This document shows, piece after piece, positions 60,778-64,000 of a DNA stretch of 64,000 nucleotides. How positions within the stretch are numbered: position 1 is the stretch's first letter; the number at the start of each line of letters is the position of its first letter. The notes under the pieces were generated by a model that worked only from the letters and a program-made list of their open reading frames with translations, was not told the DNA's origin and ran no database searches. The stretch spans positions 3,392,001 through 3,456,000 of the forward strand of contig OY829846.1 of assembly GCA_963691875.1 (NCBI GenBank). Reading direction: 5' to 3'. The position numbers and the translations under genes were made by a program. Origin of the DNA: Aureliella sp. Its GTDB lineage: Bacteria > Planctomycetota > Planctomycetia > Pirellulales > Pirellulaceae.

Positions 60778-63027
60778 CTACTTGATCAGTACGTTATCGA
60801 AGTAGATCTGGGTACCAAGAGCTGGTGGCTTGATGCCTTGGGCCGATCCGTAGATGCCAGGTGCACCACTTCGATTCGGATTCGGGTCGTCCAGTTCTAT
60901 CGTCCAACCTGCTGGCTCAGCTTCGCCCTTGGCCCAAACCTTGCCGAGCACCTTGGCCGATTCTTCACCAACGTCAACCTTCAGCTTCAGGCGATACCAA
61001 GTGTTCGGCTTCCAGTCGTAGGCTTTTTCCGCCGCAACACGAGGAATCGCGTCCCAGGCAGAGACTCGCAAGACTTGCTCGTTCCCAACCAGCTGGAGAA
61101 TATAACGGTTCGCTACCACACCCATGTTGGGCATCGTGTCATCGACTTGCTCTCCCATCACATCTGAAGCAACCGTGTAGCCGGCCATATCTGGCGTACC
61201 TGCAAAGGCATACCACTGACGATAGAAAGGAACAGCAATCTTCGCCGTCTTCATCAGCACGGTGTTGCCATCATCCAACTTCGTGGTGACATAACGCAAC
61301 TGAGTATTTGTCCAGCCAGGCGGTACCAAGCCAGGAGCAACCGATTCGAAATCTTCCGAATAGGGCAGGGTAGGTGCAACACGCACGCGAACTTTCGCTC
61401 CCAAATCGCCGACTTTGCAGATGACATTTCCAGCTTGTCCTCCACCGGCTGAAGAAGCGGTGAAGACATTCCCTTTCACCGTTCCTTGCAGTGCTGCTCT
61501 TGGAGCATCCTTGGAAAGCCCTGGGCCTCCGAACATTGGAGCCATCGTGTAGGTCGGCTGAGCAGCCCCAACCAATCGTCCGTCCTTGTCAAACAGGTGA
61601 GCCTTGAGCTCAACTGACTCGCCAGCCGCTAGGGTGACCTCCGCAGGCACTACTTGCAGGTGCGTTGCAGTACCGCTTGGATTTGGACCTGGAGCGGGTT
61701 CGCTCGTAGGAATCTTCACGTCGACTGGATTGTACTTGCCGAGGCAGTAAAACTCTTCGGTCGTACCGAAGTAAACGCAGCCATTGGAGACAGCGGCCGA
61801 ACCTTGGACTTCTACATCAAACTCTGGGTCAGCAGGCTGGAATCGGTTACGAGCCACGCGTTTACCAGTTTCCGCATTGAGAATGTGGAAGTACCCGTGA
61901 ACCGAGCTGAGGTAGATCTTTCCGTCGCCGAACACAGGGGAACCGGTGCAGTTTCTGCCAAACTTGGCACGCCATAGCCGATCACCTGATTTCGCGTCGT
62001 AGCAGTACAATCGGCCTTGGCGATCAGGCAAGTAGAGCTTGCCTTCATAAAGCATGGGCGAAGGATACTTGAATTCGATTCCATCGAGCTCCCACACCAA
62101 CTTTGGTTCATCACCTGACAAATCCAAAGCAGCCAAACGGCCGACACTAGCGCGACCTGGGATTTCCTCGCCATGTGCTGCGTAGAGCATCTCGCCATCA
62201 AGCACTTGAGCAGGATTCATCGCTCCGTTGCCAAGCTGAAAACTCCAGACTTTCTTTCCGGTGTTCACTTGGAAACAGTGGATGTGTCCATCGCCACCAC
62301 CACTGATCAAAACACGCTGGCCCTTCAGTGTCGCAACGATTGGAACGCAGCGATAAGAATTGGAAGGCCGAATGCCGGTGGTGTTCCACCAAACCATTTC
62401 GCCAGTGTTTTTGTCAAAGGCGAAGAAACGACAACCGCCGCCACCTTGCACACCCCAGTTCGAGCTGAGCATGCTGATCATGACCAAGTTGCCATCGACA
62501 ACAGGGCTGGTGACTCGTCCGCCGTAGCCCGTGATGCGACCAACTTCTTCTGTCAGAGACTTCTTCCACTTCACTTTGCCGCTTTCGCCGTCAAAGCAAA
62601 ACAAGAAACCTTGGGTGCCGTGAACGTACACGTTTCCCGTTTGAGGATCACCGACCGGCACGGTCCATCCCAGACGCACACTAACGATTGGAGTGAAGAA
62701 GATGCTGAAGCGGTGCTCCCAGACGACGTCGCCAGTCTTGGCGTCCATGCAGACCACGCGTTCTTGCTCTTCGGCGCCTTCGCCCACACGGCTGATGATG
62801 TAGATCTTGCCGTTCATCACGATCGGCGTAGACCGACAACTTACGTCCTTTTTCATCCACAGAACGTCGTCGAAGCTGTCGGGAAGCCCGGACTCTCGCG
62901 AGACACCGTTGCGTTCTGGCCCACGCCAGTTTGTCCAATCACCAGCAATCGCCGAAGACGATGCAAGAAGCACGACAGCTGCAGTGAAGCAATGCTGCCA
63001 GCCGTTCCAAAGGGAGTTGGATTTCAT
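60778..63027 (-). CDS. PQQ-like beta-propeller with Ig-like and C-terminal beta-sandwich domains
   Basis: 'GDWTNWRGPERNG', 'CMDAKTGDVVW' blades, then 'LQVVPAEVTLAAGESVEL' (Ig-like) and 'YSEDFE...WYRLKLKV...GKVW..GEAEP..W' (ConA-like). Confidence 0.85.
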   Translation of the reverse strand: MKSNSLWNGWQHCFTAAVVLLASSSAIAGDWTNWRGPERNGVSRESGLPDSFDDVLWMKKDVSCRSTPIVMNGKIYIISRVGEGAEEQERVVCMDAKTGDVVWEHRFSIFFTPIVSVRLGWTVPVGDPQTGNVYVHGTQGFLFCFDGESGKVKWKKSLTEEVGRITGYGGRVTSPVVDGNLVMISMLSSNWGVQGGGGCRFFAFDKNTGEMVWWNTTGIRPSNSYRCVPIVATLKGQRVLISGGGDGHIHCFQVNTGKKVWSFQLGNGAMNPAQVLDGEMLYAAHGEEIPGRASVGRLAALDLSGDEPKLVWELDGIEFKYPSPMLYEGKLYLPDRQGRLYCYDAKSGDRLWRAKFGRNCTGSPVFGDGKIYLSSVHGYFHILNAETGKRVARNRFQPADPEFDVEVQGSAAVSNGCVYFGTTEEFYCLGKYNPVDVKIPTSEPAPGPNPSGTATHLQVVPAEVTLAAGESVELKAHLFDKDGRLVGAAQPTYTMAPMFGGPGLSKDAPRAALQGTVKGNVFTASSAGGGQAGNVICKVGDLGAKVRVRVAPTLPYSEDFESVAPGLVPPGWTNTQLRYVTTKLDDGNTVLMKTAKIAVPFYRQWYAFAGTPDMAGYTVASDVMGEQVDDTMPNMGVVANRYILQLVGNEQVLRVSAWDAIPRVAAEKAYDWKPNTWYRLKLKVDVGEESAKVLGKVWAKGEAEPAGWTIELDDPNPNRSGAPGIYGSAQGIKPPALGTQIYFDNVLIK

Positions 63028-63137
63028 GTGGTTAACACTCCTGGGTTGTCGCGTCAAAAGCGGCATGACTCGCCGCAGTTTATTGTTCTTAATTGGGCGC
63101 AGCTACGTGCTCCGCCAGCTAGTTTGATTTAAGAATG

Positions 63138-64000
63138 CTATTTGATCTCGTAGCTATACAGCAATTCTTGATCTCGCAAGTACAGCCGGCCATCAGCAAT
63201 CACCGGGTGAGTCCAAGCTCTGCCGCTCGGAGCTCGCTTCTTCGAAACCTCTGGAAGGATGAAACTCCCCTTCAAGCTGAATTGTTCCGCAGAAACTTCC
63301 AACAATCCGACTTGGCATTCGATTTCGCCAAAAACGTACAGGCGGTTGTCGGCGTAAATGATGGAGCCGTCTTCAATCTCGCCCTTCTTGTACCAAGCAA
63401 TTTTTCCTGAGTCCAAGTTCTGGCAAACCCAGCCTCGACGATCCGAGCAGCCGTAGATGTGCCCGTCTAGCAGCACAAAACCGCCTTGCTTGTTCTTCAT
63501 ATTGCGAGCCGCAGAACGCCCCATGATACTCTCCGCAGTGAACGAGTCACCATCTAGCTTGACTTCGATAAGATCACAACCGGCTCCGCCCCAACCATCA
63601 CTCAGATACACCTTATTGTCAGAAATAACCGGAGTAGGAATGACCACGTCATCGAAGGGCCGCTTACGTTTGTAGTACCACAACAGCTTGCCCTCAGGAG
63701 AAACCGAAGCAACGCCGCTTTGGGTGAGGATGACGTACTGCGCAAAACCATGAATCATTGCCTTAAGAGGTGAGGCGTAAGTCGCTGCCTCTGGAAGCTC
63801 CGCACAACGCCAAAGAAGCTCTCCCGTTTTCTTGTCCAGTGCCAAAAGCAAACCTTGCTTCCCGCCCGCCATACAGATCAATTGGTTGCCGTCGACTAGT
63901 GGGGACCAGCAAAAGCCCCAACCGAACAACTCGGGGCCGCCGCCAACAGGATTAACTTCTCCGCCCAGATCTTTCTGCAAGTTCAATCGCCACTTTTCTT
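63138..64000 (-). CDS. PQQ-like beta-propeller protein, 5'-truncated by the window edge
   Basis: 'SPLVDG', 'ALDKKTGELLW', 'YASP', 'WTHPVIADGRLYLRDQELLYSY'. The frame is open to the window end. Confidence 0.88.
   Translation of the reverse strand, partial: EKWRLNLQKDLGGEVNPVGGGPELFGWGFCWSPLVDGNQLICMAGGKQGLLLALDKKTGELLWRCAELPEAATYASPLKAMIHGFAQYVILTQSGVASVSPEGKLLWYYKRKRPFDDVVIPTPVISDNKVYLSDGWGGAGCDLIEVKLDGDSFTAESIMGRSAARNMKNKQGGFVLLDGHIYGCSDRRGWVCQNLDSGKIAWYKKGEIEDGSIIYADNRLYVFGEIECQVGLLEVSAEQFSLKGSFILPEVSKKRAPSGRAWTHPVIADGRLYLRDQELLYSYEIK

Noticed and set aside
42693..61370. KOPS-like GGGCAGGG octamers as support for dif
   Set aside because: One points toward the site (~42693) and one away (~61363), so they are uninformative.
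62173..63132. Long antisense ORFs (e.g. 62173-63132, 26032-26910, 53765-54505, 24501-25223, 45445-46197)
   Set aside because: They are shadow frames overlapping well-supported genes and have no recognisable motifs.
1..64000. CRISPR array, tRNA/rRNA, prophage, integron or defence system
   Set aside because: No regularly spaced repeats, cloverleaf/rRNA signatures, integrase, phage structural or defence genes were recognised by eye. A covariance-model scan would be needed to exclude small RNAs.

Overview
Chromosomal segment of a planctomycete, most likely Pirellulaceae-like. This rests on a DUF1549/DUF1553 + DUF1501 pair, two sulfatases, four PQQ-like beta-propellers, an ECF sigma-Ser/Thr kinase module and a 'planctomycete extracellular' motif protein. 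About 45 intact CDS are supportable, including valS, hisI, pyrC, queE, queF, amtB, kdsD, kdsC, cpaF-tadB-tadC and a YjhG/YagF xylonate dehydratase. I found no rRNA, tRNA or CRISPR array. Signals not shown by the ORF track: (1) a fragmented REP-associated tyrosine transposase (RAYT) still bracketed by inverted REP-like hairpins, plus two other REP-like families; (2) a decayed EF-hand gene, a decayed DUF1559 locus and a poly-T frameshifted membrane gene; (3) a canonical ECF promoter directly ahead of an ECF/anti-sigma pair; (4) CsrA-type GGA sites in the kdsD leader; (5) a ~1.1 kb non-coding gap holding a dif-like 28-mer, DnaA-box-like 9-mers and palindromes. The best candidate for a new system is a 1128-aa membrane-anchored protein with repeated OstA/LptA-like strand patterns. 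It sits after kdsD-kdsC, where lptC-lptA lie in Proteobacteria, and may be a single-chain LPS-transport bridge. All family calls come from motif recognition by eye; no searches were run.
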